From Bacillota bacterium (GTDB taxonomy: Bacteria > Bacillota > Sulfobacillia > Sulfobacillales > JAIMBI01), in contig JAJZWV010000006.1 of assembly GCA_021846505.1 (NCBI GenBank), forward strand, positions 14,448 through 78,447: 64,000 nt of DNA. The letters are read 5' to 3'. The notes under the pieces are model-generated. The model did no database searches, was not told where the DNA came from, and was given only the letters and a program-made list of their open reading frames with translations. Numbering within the stretch: the stretch's first letter is position 1; the number at the start of each line of letters is the position of its first letter. This document shows, piece after piece, positions 26,191 through 35,223 of the stretch. Made by a program: the position numbers and the translations under genes.

Positions 26191-27963
26191 GTGACAAATT
26201 TCGCCTCCAACGTGCTCCGCTACGCGGCCGCCCACCCGGAGGCTCCGGCGCAGATGGTGCGGGAGGGCTCCGCTTGGGCGCCAGTGTCCCACGGAACCCT
26301 AATGGCACGCGTGTTCAGCTTGGCAGGCTGGCTGGCCCAGCAAGGCATTCAGGACGGCGATCGCGTCGCCCTGCAAGCTCACACGTCGGCCGAGTGGGTG
26401 TGGGCGGACTTGGCGCTCCTGTCGCTGGGGGCGGTGGTGGTGCCCATCTATCCGTCCCTGGCCGCCGCCCAGGTTGCCGAATTGCTGGAGGACTCCGGTG
26501 CACGCTTCGCCATCGTGGCGGACGCGGAGCAGGAGGCCAAGTTGCCGGTCAGCTTCCCGCGCCTGGTCATGACCTACCCGCGCTGGCAGCAGGCCATCAC
26601 CCGGGGCCGCGTGCCGGAAGGATCCCCGTGGCTGGACAACATCGATCGCGTGGCGGACGACCATCTGGCCACCTTGGTGTACACTTCGGGCACCACCGCC
26701 CACTCGCGGGGTGTGATGCTGACCCATGGCAACCTGCTGAGCAACGTTGCGGGACTGACCCTCCATGCCGAGCGGTATCCTGACGTGCAGTTGACGGCGC
26801 GGGACCGGGCGCTGGCGGTCCTGCCCCTGGCGCATATTTTTGAGCGCCTGGTGCACCACTTCATGCTGGGGCGCGGCGTCGCCATGTACTACACCCATCC
26901 CAGTCGGCTGGCCGAGGATATCACCACGGCCCGGCCCACCGCCATGGTGTCGGTGCCCCGCATCTACGAGCGGGTGTTTGCCGCCGTGCACGACCAAGCC
27001 GCCGGCCCACTGTCGCGGCCCATCCTGGCCGCCAGCATCCCCGTCGCGCGCCGCCGTGCCCTTCGCCTGACGGCGGGCGCCCGCCCCACCGCCCGCGAAT
27101 GGCTGGCGGAGTCCCTGTTCAGCCTGTTGGTGTACCGAAAGATTCGGCGGGCCCTGGGTGGGTCGCTGCGGTTCGCCTACTCCGGCGGAGCGCCTCTGCA
27201 TCCCGACCTGGCACGATTTTTTGTCGGCGCCGGCATTCCCGTGCTGGAAGGCTACGGGCTGACCGAAACCTCGCCGGTCGTGTCCGTCAACACCCTCTCC
27301 ACACTCCGCATTGGCTCTGTGGGGCTGCCGCTGCCCAACGTGGAGGTGCGCATTGAAGCAGATGGCGAAATTTGCTGCCGGGGGCCCAACATTATGCAGG
27401 GCTATTGGAACCGGCCCGAGGAGAGCGCCGCCGTTCTGGTGGACGGCTGGTTTTACACCGGCGACATCGGCGAGCGGCTGCCGTCTGGCCATCTGCGCAT
27501 TGTCGACCGCAAGCGCGCCATCATGGTGCTGTCCACCGGAAAAAATGTCGTGCCCCTGGCCATCTGCCAAGCGCTGGAGGCGTCGCCGTGGATTGAGCAG
27601 GCCATGCTGCTGGGCGACCGCAAGAAGTACGTTGCAGCCCTGCTGGCCCCTGACGAGGCTCAGCTGGCGGCGTGGGCCGCCAGCCAGGGATTGCCTGCCG
27701 ACAACCTAGAGGCGGCGCGGAAGCATCCCGCCTACCGCGCGCTGATTGACGCCGAAGTGAAGGCGCGCACCGCAAGCTTTGCCGACTTTGAGCAGCCCAA
27801 GCGCTGGGAGCTGGTGGATAGGCCGTTCACGGAGGAAAGTGGTGAGCTCACCCCCACCTTGAAAATCAAGACGCGGGTGGTCGAAGCCCACTACGGCGCC
27901 CTCATCGCCACCCTGTATCCAGACGAAGATCTGGCGTCGCTTAACACCCCCGCATCCTCGTAG
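26191..27963 (+). CDS. Long-chain fatty acid--CoA ligase
   Basis: YTSGTT, LPLAHIFER, EGYGLTET, TGDIG, GKNV and LTPTLK motifs. Confidence 0.92.
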   Translation: MTNFASNVLRYAAAHPEAPAQMVREGSAWAPVSHGTLMARVFSLAGWLAQQGIQDGDRVALQAHTSAEWVWADLALLSLGAVVVPIYPSLAAAQVAELLEDSGARFAIVADAEQEAKLPVSFPRLVMTYPRWQQAITRGRVPEGSPWLDNIDRVADDHLATLVYTSGTTAHSRGVMLTHGNLLSNVAGLTLHAERYPDVQLTARDRALAVLPLAHIFERLVHHFMLGRGVAMYYTHPSRLAEDITTARPTAMVSVPRIYERVFAAVHDQAAGPLSRPILAASIPVARRRALRLTAGARPTAREWLAESLFSLLVYRKIRRALGGSLRFAYSGGAPLHPDLARFFVGAGIPVLEGYGLTETSPVVSVNTLSTLRIGSVGLPLPNVEVRIEADGEICCRGPNIMQGYWNRPEESAAVLVDGWFYTGDIGERLPSGHLRIVDRKRAIMVLSTGKNVVPLAICQALEASPWIEQAMLLGDRKKYVAALLAPDEAQLAAWAASQGLPADNLEAARKHPAYRALIDAEVKARTASFADFEQPKRWELVDRPFTEESGELTPTLKIKTRVVEAHYGALIATLYPDEDLASLNTPASS

Positions 27964-28053
27964 CGCATCCGCCGGAAAATTTTTTCCCGCGGTCCGCATA
28001 CGCTACCGCCAGAACGGCCAATCGGCCGAATCGGCTGAGTGGGGGCATGCGGC

Positions 28054-28260
28054 ATGACCCTATTAGACGAGTATTACGCAGCGCTGGCCGAATGGCAGGA
28101 CGCTGTCTCGGCGTTTGACAACGCCGAGGGCGCGTTTGTCGACTACTACGCCATGCGGCTCACCGCCGCCGAGCGCAAGCTCGACGCGGTGCTCCGACTC
28201 ATCAAAGCAGAGCGTCCAGAGGGAACCGCCGGTGTCCGCGCTCCAGCCATCACGCGCTAA
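28054..28260 (+). CDS. YaaL/DUF2508-like small protein
   Basis: A..EW..A...FDNA...VDY..MRL.AAERK...L...K pattern. Confidence 0.65.
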   Translation: MTLLDEYYAALAEWQDAVSAFDNAEGAFVDYYAMRLTAAERKLDAVLRLIKAERPEGTAGVRAPAITR

Positions 28261-29232
28261 CCACCAGCAGCAGCTTGCCGGTGCTCGCGCGCTCCTCTAC
28301 CAGGCGATGAGCGTCGGCTGCACGCTCGAGCGGCAGGACCGCGCCGATTTTAATGCGGAACAAGCCATGGGCGAGGTACCCCAGCACCGCGGTGGCCGCG
28401 AGCGCAACTCCGCGGGCCGCTGGCGCCGGGCAGCGCCAAGGCTGAATCCCAGCACCGCGCGGCAGCTGCTGTGCAAGTCTGTCGTAGGCACCCAGCCGGC
28501 CTCACCACTGGCATCTCCGAAGGCGGCCAGCCGGCCAAACGGCGCTAGGCAGCGAAAGCTTTCAGCCGTCAGGCGCCCCGCGATGGAATCCAGCACCACG
28601 TCGGCGCCCCGCCCCCCGGTGGCCTCGCGCACCGCGTCCGGCCAATCATCCTGGCTGGAGTCCACGGCGATGTCGGCGCCCGCAGCCAGCGCCGCCGCCA
28701 TCTTCCCTGGGGTGCCCACCGCGCCAATGACCAGACCCGCACCTAGGATCCGCGCCAGCTGGAGGGCGGTGGTGCCCACGCCTCCAGCCGCCGCATGCAC
28801 CAACACCGCCTCGCCCGGCTGCACCCGCACAACGTCAACCAGCAACTTGTAGGCCGCAGCTCCCACCACTGGGCACGCTGCGGCCTGCTCATCCGACACT
28901 TCATCGGGCACACCAAACACCAGCTGCGCGTCCGCCAGAACATATTCCGCATACGAGCCCCCCGAGGGAAAGGCCACCACCCGCTGGCCCACCTGCCGCC
29001 CCTCGACCCCGGGCCCCAAGGCATCGACCGTGCCCATCGCATCAAGCCCGGGCACAAACGGCGGAGCACCCCCGCCGCGGTACTGCCCGTGCCGGGCCTT
29101 GATGTCGGCAAAGTTAACGCTGGTGCTGTGCACGCGAATGCACACCTGCCCGACTCCCGGCACCGGCACCTCCCGGTCTTGAAGCTCCATCGCCTCGGGT
29201 TCCCCGAAGCGCCTCACCACCATTGCCCGCAT
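28250..29232 (-). pseudogene. NADPH:quinone oxidoreductase (MDR family) with a frameshift near 28400
   Basis: SVNFADI, PFVPG and HAAAGGVG motifs; the conserved C-terminus (LPLERAADAHRLVEERASTGKLLL) is in a shifted frame. Confidence 0.8.
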
Positions 29233-30206
29233 GCGTCGCCCTCCTTCGCTGTGCCCAGAGCCCTTGGGGTGCCAGGTGCGCCCTCGCCGGTGCTGCCGAC
29301 CGGCGGCAGCCGAAGATGCCAGAGCAAGTAGCACACCCACGCGCGGCGCGGCCGATGCGGCGCGAGCCACTGCTCCAGCGCCCGCGCGGACAGCCGCTCC
29401 CCAGGACCCGTGAGCGCCGCCGCCGCCTTCGCCAGCACTAGGTCGCTGGCCATCACGGCGTCGTCCTCCCCCCACCCAAACAGTGCAGCGCCCGCCGCCG
29501 TCCAAGGCCCCACCCCCGGCAGGGCCTCCAGCTGCCGCTTCACCCCCTCCGGATCCCGGGACACGCCGCCCAGCCCGCCGGCCGCCGCCCATCGGGCGGC
29601 CACCTGCAGCGTGGCAGCAGGCCGCTGTGGAATCCCGCCGGCGGCCAGCGCCTCCACGGCCGCGCCCGCCAGCCGCTCCGGCGCCGGCCAGGCATACACA
29701 ACGGCCCCCGTGGGCGTTTTGAGGGGCGTGCCCCACTCGGTCAGCAGCCGGTTGACGAGCGTCCGATGGCTCGCCACCGACACCTGCTGGCCCAGGATGA
29801 GGCGGGCCAGCGCCACCCAGGGCGACGCGTCGCGCAGCGGCCGGATGCCCCACCACCGCGAGGCCAGGGGCTGGAGGACAGGATCGGCCGCGGCGCGCGG
29901 GAAAAATGCCGCGGCCGCGTGGTCTCCGCTACCGGTCGCGAACCGCCAGGCCGCAGCCTGGACCGCAGCCTCATGGGCGGCCGCTGGGGCGGCGGTCCGC
30001 ACCGCCATCCCGCCCGGGCCACCCTCCACCGATACCGGCACCGCCTGCCCCTCCACCATCACGGACGACTCCCACACCCAGCCCGTGGGTGCCTCGGCCA
30101 CGCGCACGTCCAGGCTCGCCTGGCTTCGCGGCCGGGCCAGCAGGCGCTCCCAGTGCCAAGGCCCACGGGCCGCCACCCAGGTGCGGTGCCTCACGCTTTC
30201 GGTCAT
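29214..30206 (-). CDS. alkA: DNA-3-methyladenine glycosylase II (AlkA, HhH-GPD)
   Basis: ILGQQVSV, LEALPGVGPWTA helix-hairpin-helix, Asp in ASDLVL, W..P.R...YLLW. Confidence 0.85.
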   Translation of the reverse strand: MTESVRHRTWVAARGPWHWERLLARPRSQASLDVRVAEAPTGWVWESSVMVEGQAVPVSVEGGPGGMAVRTAAPAAAHEAAVQAAAWRFATGSGDHAAAAFFPRAAADPVLQPLASRWWGIRPLRDASPWVALARLILGQQVSVASHRTLVNRLLTEWGTPLKTPTGAVVYAWPAPERLAGAAVEALAAGGIPQRPAATLQVAARWAAAGGLGGVSRDPEGVKRQLEALPGVGPWTAAGAALFGWGEDDAVMASDLVLAKAAAALTGPGERLSARALEQWLAPHRPRRAWVCYLLWHLRLPPVGSTGEGAPGTPRALGTAKEGDACGQWW

Positions 30207-30329
30207 GGGCTCAGTGTAGCGGAAGCGGCCCCAGCAGCGTGCCCCCCTCACGTCCTTTGGGGGCAGTACAATCACCAGAGATGGGGATCAGCCCGTGCGC
30301 ACGGCTTGAAGTGCGAGGAGGCTACTGTG

Positions 30330-30842
30330 ATGGGAACTCGTGCCACGGCGGCGGACCCGCTGGTGTGGTGCTGGCACGCCACTCGGCTGGGGCGGCTGTA
30401 CCTCGCTGCCACCCCGACCGGGCTTGCTTGCGTGGGGCTGCCGGGCGCTCCCAGTGTGTGGCCGGCCTGGGCACAGCCTGCGCGCACTGCGGCGCCGGCG
30501 GCCCTCCGGTGGGCCACCGCCCAGCTGGACGAATATTTGGCGGGCGAGCGGCGCGTTTTTCAGCTGCCCTTGGACCTCCGCGGCACTCCATTTCAGCGCC
30601 GCGCGTGGAGTGCGGTGGCTGGCATCCCCTATGGGCACACCATGACCTATGGCGAGGTGGCGGCATGGCTGGGCCAGCCCCACGCCGCCCGCGCGGTCGG
30701 CGCCGCCATGAGGAACAATCCACTCCCGATTGTCATCCCGTGCCACCGCGTGGTGGGTGCCCAGGGGCGGATGGTGGGATACGCTGGCGGCTTGGGTTTG
30801 AAAGAGGCGCTGCTGGTACAGGAAGGCGCGCGCCTCGTATAG
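30330..30842 (+). CDS. ogt: Methylated-DNA--protein-cysteine methyltransferase
   Basis: GTPFQ, IPYG, ARAVG and NPLPIVIPCHRV active site. Confidence 0.95.
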   Translation: MGTRATAADPLVWCWHATRLGRLYLAATPTGLACVGLPGAPSVWPAWAQPARTAAPAALRWATAQLDEYLAGERRVFQLPLDLRGTPFQRRAWSAVAGIPYGHTMTYGEVAAWLGQPHAARAVGAAMRNNPLPIVIPCHRVVGAQGRMVGYAGGLGLKEALLVQEGARLV

Positions 30843-30980
30843 AGCGCTGGGCTTTGGCGGCACTCTGACGGTGGGGCGCGCCGTGCCCGGTGGGCAGCTG
30901 GTCTACACGGTGGGGGTGCCCGCTCTTGCTGGTGCTGTTTGTCGCCGTGCTGGACGACGTCACGTGCAAGCAGCAGAACT

Positions 30981-31012
30981 GAGCGAGGGGCGGGTCTCCC
31001 CGCCCCTCGCTC
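30981..31012. terminator. Hairpin between convergent ogt and rpoD
   Basis: Perfect 14-bp stem GAGCGAGGGGCGGG-TCTC-CCCGCCCCTCGCTC, 12 nt after the rpoD stop; no U-tract. Confidence 0.6.
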
Positions 31013-31024
31013 CCGCAGCCGCCT

Positions 31025-32197
31025 TCAGTCCAGGTAGTCGCGCAGCTTCTTGCTGCGCGTGGGATGCCGGAGCTTCCGCAGTGCCTTGGCTTCAATCTGC
31101 CGAATGCGCTCGCGCGTCACCCCAAATACCTGGCCCACTTCTTCCAAGGTGCGGGCGCGCCCGTCCGACAGGCCAAAGCGCAGCCGCAGCACCTTTTCCT
31201 CGCGATTGGTCAGCGTATCCAGCACTTCCTCGAGCTGCTCCTTTAGGAGCTGGTAGCCCGCCGCCTCCGCCGGGGCGGGGGCTTCCTCGTCCTCGATGAA
31301 GTCCCCCAGATGCGAATCTTCTTCCTCGCCAATCGGCGTTTCCAGCGACACCGGCTCCTGCGCCACCTTTTGAATCTCCCGCACACGCTCCACGGTGATG
31401 CCCATCTCGGCGGCAATTTCCTCGGGAAGCGGATCGCGGCCCAATTCCTGCAGCAACTTCCGCTGGATCCGAATCAGCTTGTTGATGGTCTCCACCATGT
31501 GCACCGGAATCCGAATCGTGCGCGCCTGGTCAGCAATGGCCCGGGTAATGGCCTGCCGAATCCACCAGGTGGCGTAGGTGCTAAATTTGTACCCCTTGCG
31601 GTAGTCAAACTTCTCGACGGCTTTGATGAGACCCAAGTTGCCTTCCTGGATCAGGTCCAAAAACAGCATGCCGCGGCCCACGTAGCGCTTGGCGATGGAC
31701 ACCACCAGGCGCAAGTTGGCTTCCGCCAGCTTTTTCTTGGACTCTTCATCCCCCTGCTCAATCGCCTTGGCCAGCGACACCTCTTGGGCCGCCGTCAGCA
31801 GGGACACCCGTCCAATCTCTTTCAAGTACATGCGGACGGGGTCGTCAATGGCCACGCCCTCCGGCACGGCCAGCGCATTGCCCGCCTTGTGGGGCTCGTC
31901 TTCCTCGTCCTCGTCCTCGTCGTCCTCTGCCACCACCGCGTCCCCGGCCTCCGCCGCCGCGCGCTTGTCGTTGACCAAATCCACGTTCTCCTGGCCAATC
32001 AGCTCATACACGGCATCGATTTGGTCGGTGGGGATGTCCATGGCTTGGAGAGCGTCCAACAGCTCCCCGTAGGTCAACTTGTTGCCGCGATCCTTGGCTC
32101 GGCTGACCAAAGTCCGCACAATTTCCAGCACTGCCCGCTGCTCCTCGCGCGGCACCTCTTCCGACAACCCGTGGGCCAGTCCGCCTGCCTTTGCCAT
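31025..32197 (-). CDS. rpoD: Primary RNA polymerase sigma factor SigA/RpoD
   Basis: [36 protein letters not shown] and [14 protein letters not shown] motifs. Confidence 0.98.
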   Translation of the reverse strand: MAKAGGLAHGLSEEVPREEQRAVLEIVRTLVSRAKDRGNKLTYGELLDALQAMDIPTDQIDAVYELIGQENVDLVNDKRAAAEAGDAVVAEDDEDEDEEDEPHKAGNALAVPEGVAIDDPVRMYLKEIGRVSLLTAAQEVSLAKAIEQGDEESKKKLAEANLRLVVSIAKRYVGRGMLFLDLIQEGNLGLIKAVEKFDYRKGYKFSTYATWWIRQAITRAIADQARTIRIPVHMVETINKLIRIQRKLLQELGRDPLPEEIAAEMGITVERVREIQKVAQEPVSLETPIGEEEDSHLGDFIEDEEAPAPAEAAGYQLLKEQLEEVLDTLTNREEKVLRLRFGLSDGRARTLEEVGQVFGVTRERIRQIEAKALRKLRHPTRSKKLRDYLD

Positions 32198-32200
32198 CCG

Positions 32201-33922
32201 TCATCCCTCCCTTCGTGGGGATCGCTTGCTTGCACTGATTTCCTGAAACAGCTGGCTAATTTCCGCCGCGACCACCGGGTCGCCGGAGTCGGCCACCGAC
32301 TTCAAATGCTGCCACTCGCGCCCTCGCCACTGGGCTTTCACCTGGCGCGCGAGCTCCATCACCAAGTCCCCCGACACCGGCCAGGGAACGGCCGCCGCTG
32401 CCGTCACCAGCTCCTGCGCCTCGGGCGGCAGGCGCACCAGCCACGAAGCCAGTGCATCGCCGCCGCTTTCTGCTAGCGCCGGCCACTCCAGCCGGATTGC
32501 CTCCCAGCGCGGGTCCCTACACAGTTCGGGAAGCGCGGCTAAAACCCCTTCCATGCGGTCGGGAAATTGTATCAAGGACGCCAGCAAATTGACCTCCACA
32601 TCTCGCGGGCCAAGATTTACCTCTGAACGGCGCATATTATGCCGGGATTTTTGCGAATTATTCTCCCGAGACCCTTGTTTTCCCGCCAGCCCTTGTGATA
32701 GAATTTTTCTCTCTACGCCCCACGCCCTCTCCAGCAAGGCCGCATACTCCGCGCGCTCCACCGGATCGGCCATGGAGTCCAAAAGCTCCACCATCTCCCG
32801 CACGGCCCGCGCCTTGGCCGCCGGCTGCACGTGCACCGCTGCCTGTCCGTCGCGAATGCGGCGCGCCAAGTACGGCATCTGCCCCGCCACAGCGGCGGAG
32901 AGCGCCTGGGCACCCCCGCGGGCCAACAGCTCATCCGCGTCCTTGGCGCCGCCGTAGTCCACGGACAGCACCGCCATTCCTTCCGCCGCGAGCACCACAA
33001 ACGCCCGGCGCATCGCCTCCTGGCCCGCCGCGTCACGGTCGTAGGCGCACACGACTTCATTAGTAAAACGTCTGAGGTACCGAACATGTTCCACCGTGAG
33101 CGCCGTGCCCAGTGCCCCCACCGCTTCGGTCAGGCCGGCCCGATGCATGGCTACCACATCCATGTAGCCCTCCACAATGATCGGCACCCGGCCTTGGGAC
33201 CAGGCGGGCCGCGCCCGGTCGGCGCCGTATAAAATGCGCCCCTTGTGATACACCGCCGTCTCGGGCGTGTTCAAGTACTTGGGCGTGCCGTCGTCGGCCA
33301 CCGCCCGCCCGCCGAAGGCCACCACCCTCCCGTCGGGGTCGCGGATGGGAAAAGTCACGCGGCCGCGCAGCCGATCATAGCCGCCGCGGTCCCGCTCCAC
33401 GGCCACCCCAGCTTCCACGGCGTCTGCCACGGAGTATCCCGCTCGGCGCAGATGAGACAGCAGGCCCTCCCAGGCGTCCGAGGCCCATCCGAGCCCAAAA
33501 TCATCGGCCACCGAGGCGGGGATGCCCCGGCGCTCCAAATACTCCCGGCCCGGCTGCCCTGATTCCCCGGCCAGCGCCTGCCGAAAGTACTGCTGGGCTG
33601 CGGCCAGCACCGCCAGCAGCTGGGTGCGGCGCCCGCTGGCGCCCGACGGCCGGTCTGGAAGCACAATGCCCGCCCGATCGGCCAGCTCGGCCAGCGCCTC
33701 GGGGAAGCTTTTCCCGTCCCGCCGCATCAGGAAGGTGAACACGTTGCCCCCCACCTGACACCCGAAGCAATAAAACAACTGGCGCGCCGGATCCACGCTG
33801 AACGACGGGGACTTTTCGGCATGAAACGGACACAGCCCCCAAAGCTTTTGGCCTCGCCGGCGGAGCGTCACGGTCTCTCCGATGATCGCGGCGATATCGG
33901 TGGCGTCGCGCACGCGATCCAC
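32201..33922 (-). CDS. dnaG: DNA primase (start probably GTG 33922; frame open to 33994)
   Basis: CPFH..K.PSF..CFGC zinc finger, KYLNTPET, VEGYMDV, toprim YDRDAAG and KDAD. Confidence 0.96.
   Translation of the reverse strand: MDRVRDATDIAAIIGETVTLRRRGQKLWGLCPFHAEKSPSFSVDPARQLFYCFGCQVGGNVFTFLMRRDGKSFPEALAELADRAGIVLPDRPSGASGRRTQLLAVLAAAQQYFRQALAGESGQPGREYLERRGIPASVADDFGLGWASDAWEGLLSHLRRAGYSVADAVEAGVAVERDRGGYDRLRGRVTFPIRDPDGRVVAFGGRAVADDGTPKYLNTPETAVYHKGRILYGADRARPAWSQGRVPIIVEGYMDVVAMHRAGLTEAVGALGTALTVEHVRYLRRFTNEVVCAYDRDAAGQEAMRRAFVVLAAEGMAVLSVDYGGAKDADELLARGGAQALSAAVAGQMPYLARRIRDGQAAVHVQPAAKARAVREMVELLDSMADPVERAEYAALLERAWGVERKILSQGLAGKQGSRENNSQKSRHNMRRSEVNLGPRDVEVNLLASLIQFPDRMEGVLAALPELCRDPRWEAIRLEWPALAESGGDALASWLVRLPPEAQELVTAAAAVPWPVSGDLVMELARQVKAQWRGREWQHLKSVADSGDPVVAAEISQLFQEISASKRSPRREG
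32634..32686 (-). promoter_or_regulatory. Probable internal promoters in the dnaG 3' end for rpoD (sigmaH-like, sigmaE-like)
   Basis: AT-rich patch containing GCGGGAAAA-N11-GGAGAAT and GAATAAT-N15-CATAATAT. Confidence 0.5.
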
Positions 33923-33974
33923 CGTGGCCGCCCCCGAGCCCGCACCTGTTCGCACACTATTCACCACGGTCTTC

Positions 33975-34002
33975 ATTCGCGCTCGTCCCCCCACATTCCT
34001 GC
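33975..34002 (-). promoter_or_regulatory. sigmaH-like promoter for dnaG-rpoD
   Basis: GCAGGAATG...CGCGAAT matches the RNAGGAWWW-N11/12-RnnGAAT consensus. Confidence 0.6.
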
Positions 34003-34076
34003 CGACGCAGGCGCCCGGGTAGGCTTCCGAAAAATTCTTGCGGATCGCCGCGGCGCCCGGGCAGCTAGATCACCCG

Positions 34077-34103
34077 GCAGGAATGTGTCTGCCCGCCCCG
34101 AAT
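34077..34103 (+). promoter_or_regulatory. sigmaH-like promoter for the epimerase gene
   Basis: GCAGGAATG-N11-CCCGAAT. Confidence 0.55.
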
Positions 34104-34164
34104 GACCGGGGGGGCAGCCATTTCGAACGTGTTGCCGCCAGGTGTCGAAAGGGGACACAACATC

Positions 34165-35151
34165 ATGCGCATTCTGATGCTGGGCGGCACCGCCTTTCTG
34201 GGCCGCCACTTCGTCGAGGCGGCCGTCGCCGCGGGCCACGACGTGACCCTGTTCAATCGCGGGCAGACCCATCCCGAGCTGTTTCCCCAGCTGGAGCGGC
34301 TGCGGGGAAATCGAGATGGCGGCTTAGGCATCCTGGCCGAGCGCCGCTGGGATGCGGTCGTCGACACCTCCGGGCGCCTGCCGCGCTTGGTGGGCGCCTC
34401 AGCCCAGGCTCTGCGCGACACCGGCCAGTACCTGTTCGTCTCCACCATTTCAGTGTACGCCGACGTCTCGGTTCCCGGCACCCGCGAAGACGCGCGCCCG
34501 GCCACCTTGTCGCGCCCGGATTCGGAGGATGAGCGCACCGACTATGGCGCCTTGAAGTTTCTGTGTGAGGAGGAGGTGCGCCGCGTCTTTGGCCCGCGCG
34601 CCGCAGTGGTGCGGCCCGGGCTCATCGTCGGCCCCTTTGACCCCACGGATCGGTTCACGTACTGGCCGGCTCGCTGCGCGCGCGGCGGCCGGATTTTGGC
34701 GCCCGGCCAGCCCGACCGGCGCATTCAGTTTGTGGACGTGCGCGACCTGGCTCAATTTCTGCTGCACCTGGTGCAGGCGCGCCAAGGCGGCACGTTCAAC
34801 GCCGCCCAGCCGCCGGGCGCCGTCACCATGGGCCAGCTGCTGAGCGCCTGCGCCGCCGGCCAGCCGGCCACCATCCAGTGGGTGGCCGATGACTGGCTCG
34901 CCGAGCAAGGCGTGGGCCAGTGGATGGAGCTGCCGCTCTGGATTCGCCCGACCCCAGAGCAGCGCGGATTTTATGAGGTGGACTGCACCGCCGCCATCGA
35001 GGCCGGCTTAGCCTTTCGCCCGCTGGCGGACACCGTGCGCGACACGCTGGCCTGGCACCAAACCCGGGAGCCCTACACCTGGTCCCACACCGGACTCTCG
35101 ACCGAGCGGGAGCAGCAGCTGCTGGACCTGGCGCCCGAGCTTGCCGACTGA
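34165..35151 (+). CDS. NAD-dependent epimerase/dehydratase (atypical SDR)
   Basis: LGGTAFLG, FNRG, STISVY, YGALK and RPGLIVGP motifs. Confidence 0.9.
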   Translation: MRILMLGGTAFLGRHFVEAAVAAGHDVTLFNRGQTHPELFPQLERLRGNRDGGLGILAERRWDAVVDTSGRLPRLVGASAQALRDTGQYLFVSTISVYADVSVPGTREDARPATLSRPDSEDERTDYGALKFLCEEEVRRVFGPRAAVVRPGLIVGPFDPTDRFTYWPARCARGGRILAPGQPDRRIQFVDVRDLAQFLLHLVQARQGGTFNAAQPPGAVTMGQLLSACAAGQPATIQWVADDWLAEQGVGQWMELPLWIRPTPEQRGFYEVDCTAAIEAGLAFRPLADTVRDTLAWHQTREPYTWSHTGLSTEREQQLLDLAPELAD

Positions 35152-35175
35152 GGCGCCTCCGGCGCCACAAAGTGC

Positions 35176-35203
35176 GGAAGGGCCGCCAGCCGGCGGCCCT
35201 TCC
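35176..35203. terminator. Hairpin between convergent epimerase and ppdK
   Basis: GGAAGGGCCGCC-AGCC-GGCGGCCCTTCC 12-bp stem. Confidence 0.55.
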
Positions 35204-35223
35204 TCGCAGCGCACCTGTGGCCG

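Noticed and set aside
31900-31930. TCGTCC tandem repeat
   Set aside because: Encodes the ordinary acidic linker ([10 protein letters not shown]) of SigA.
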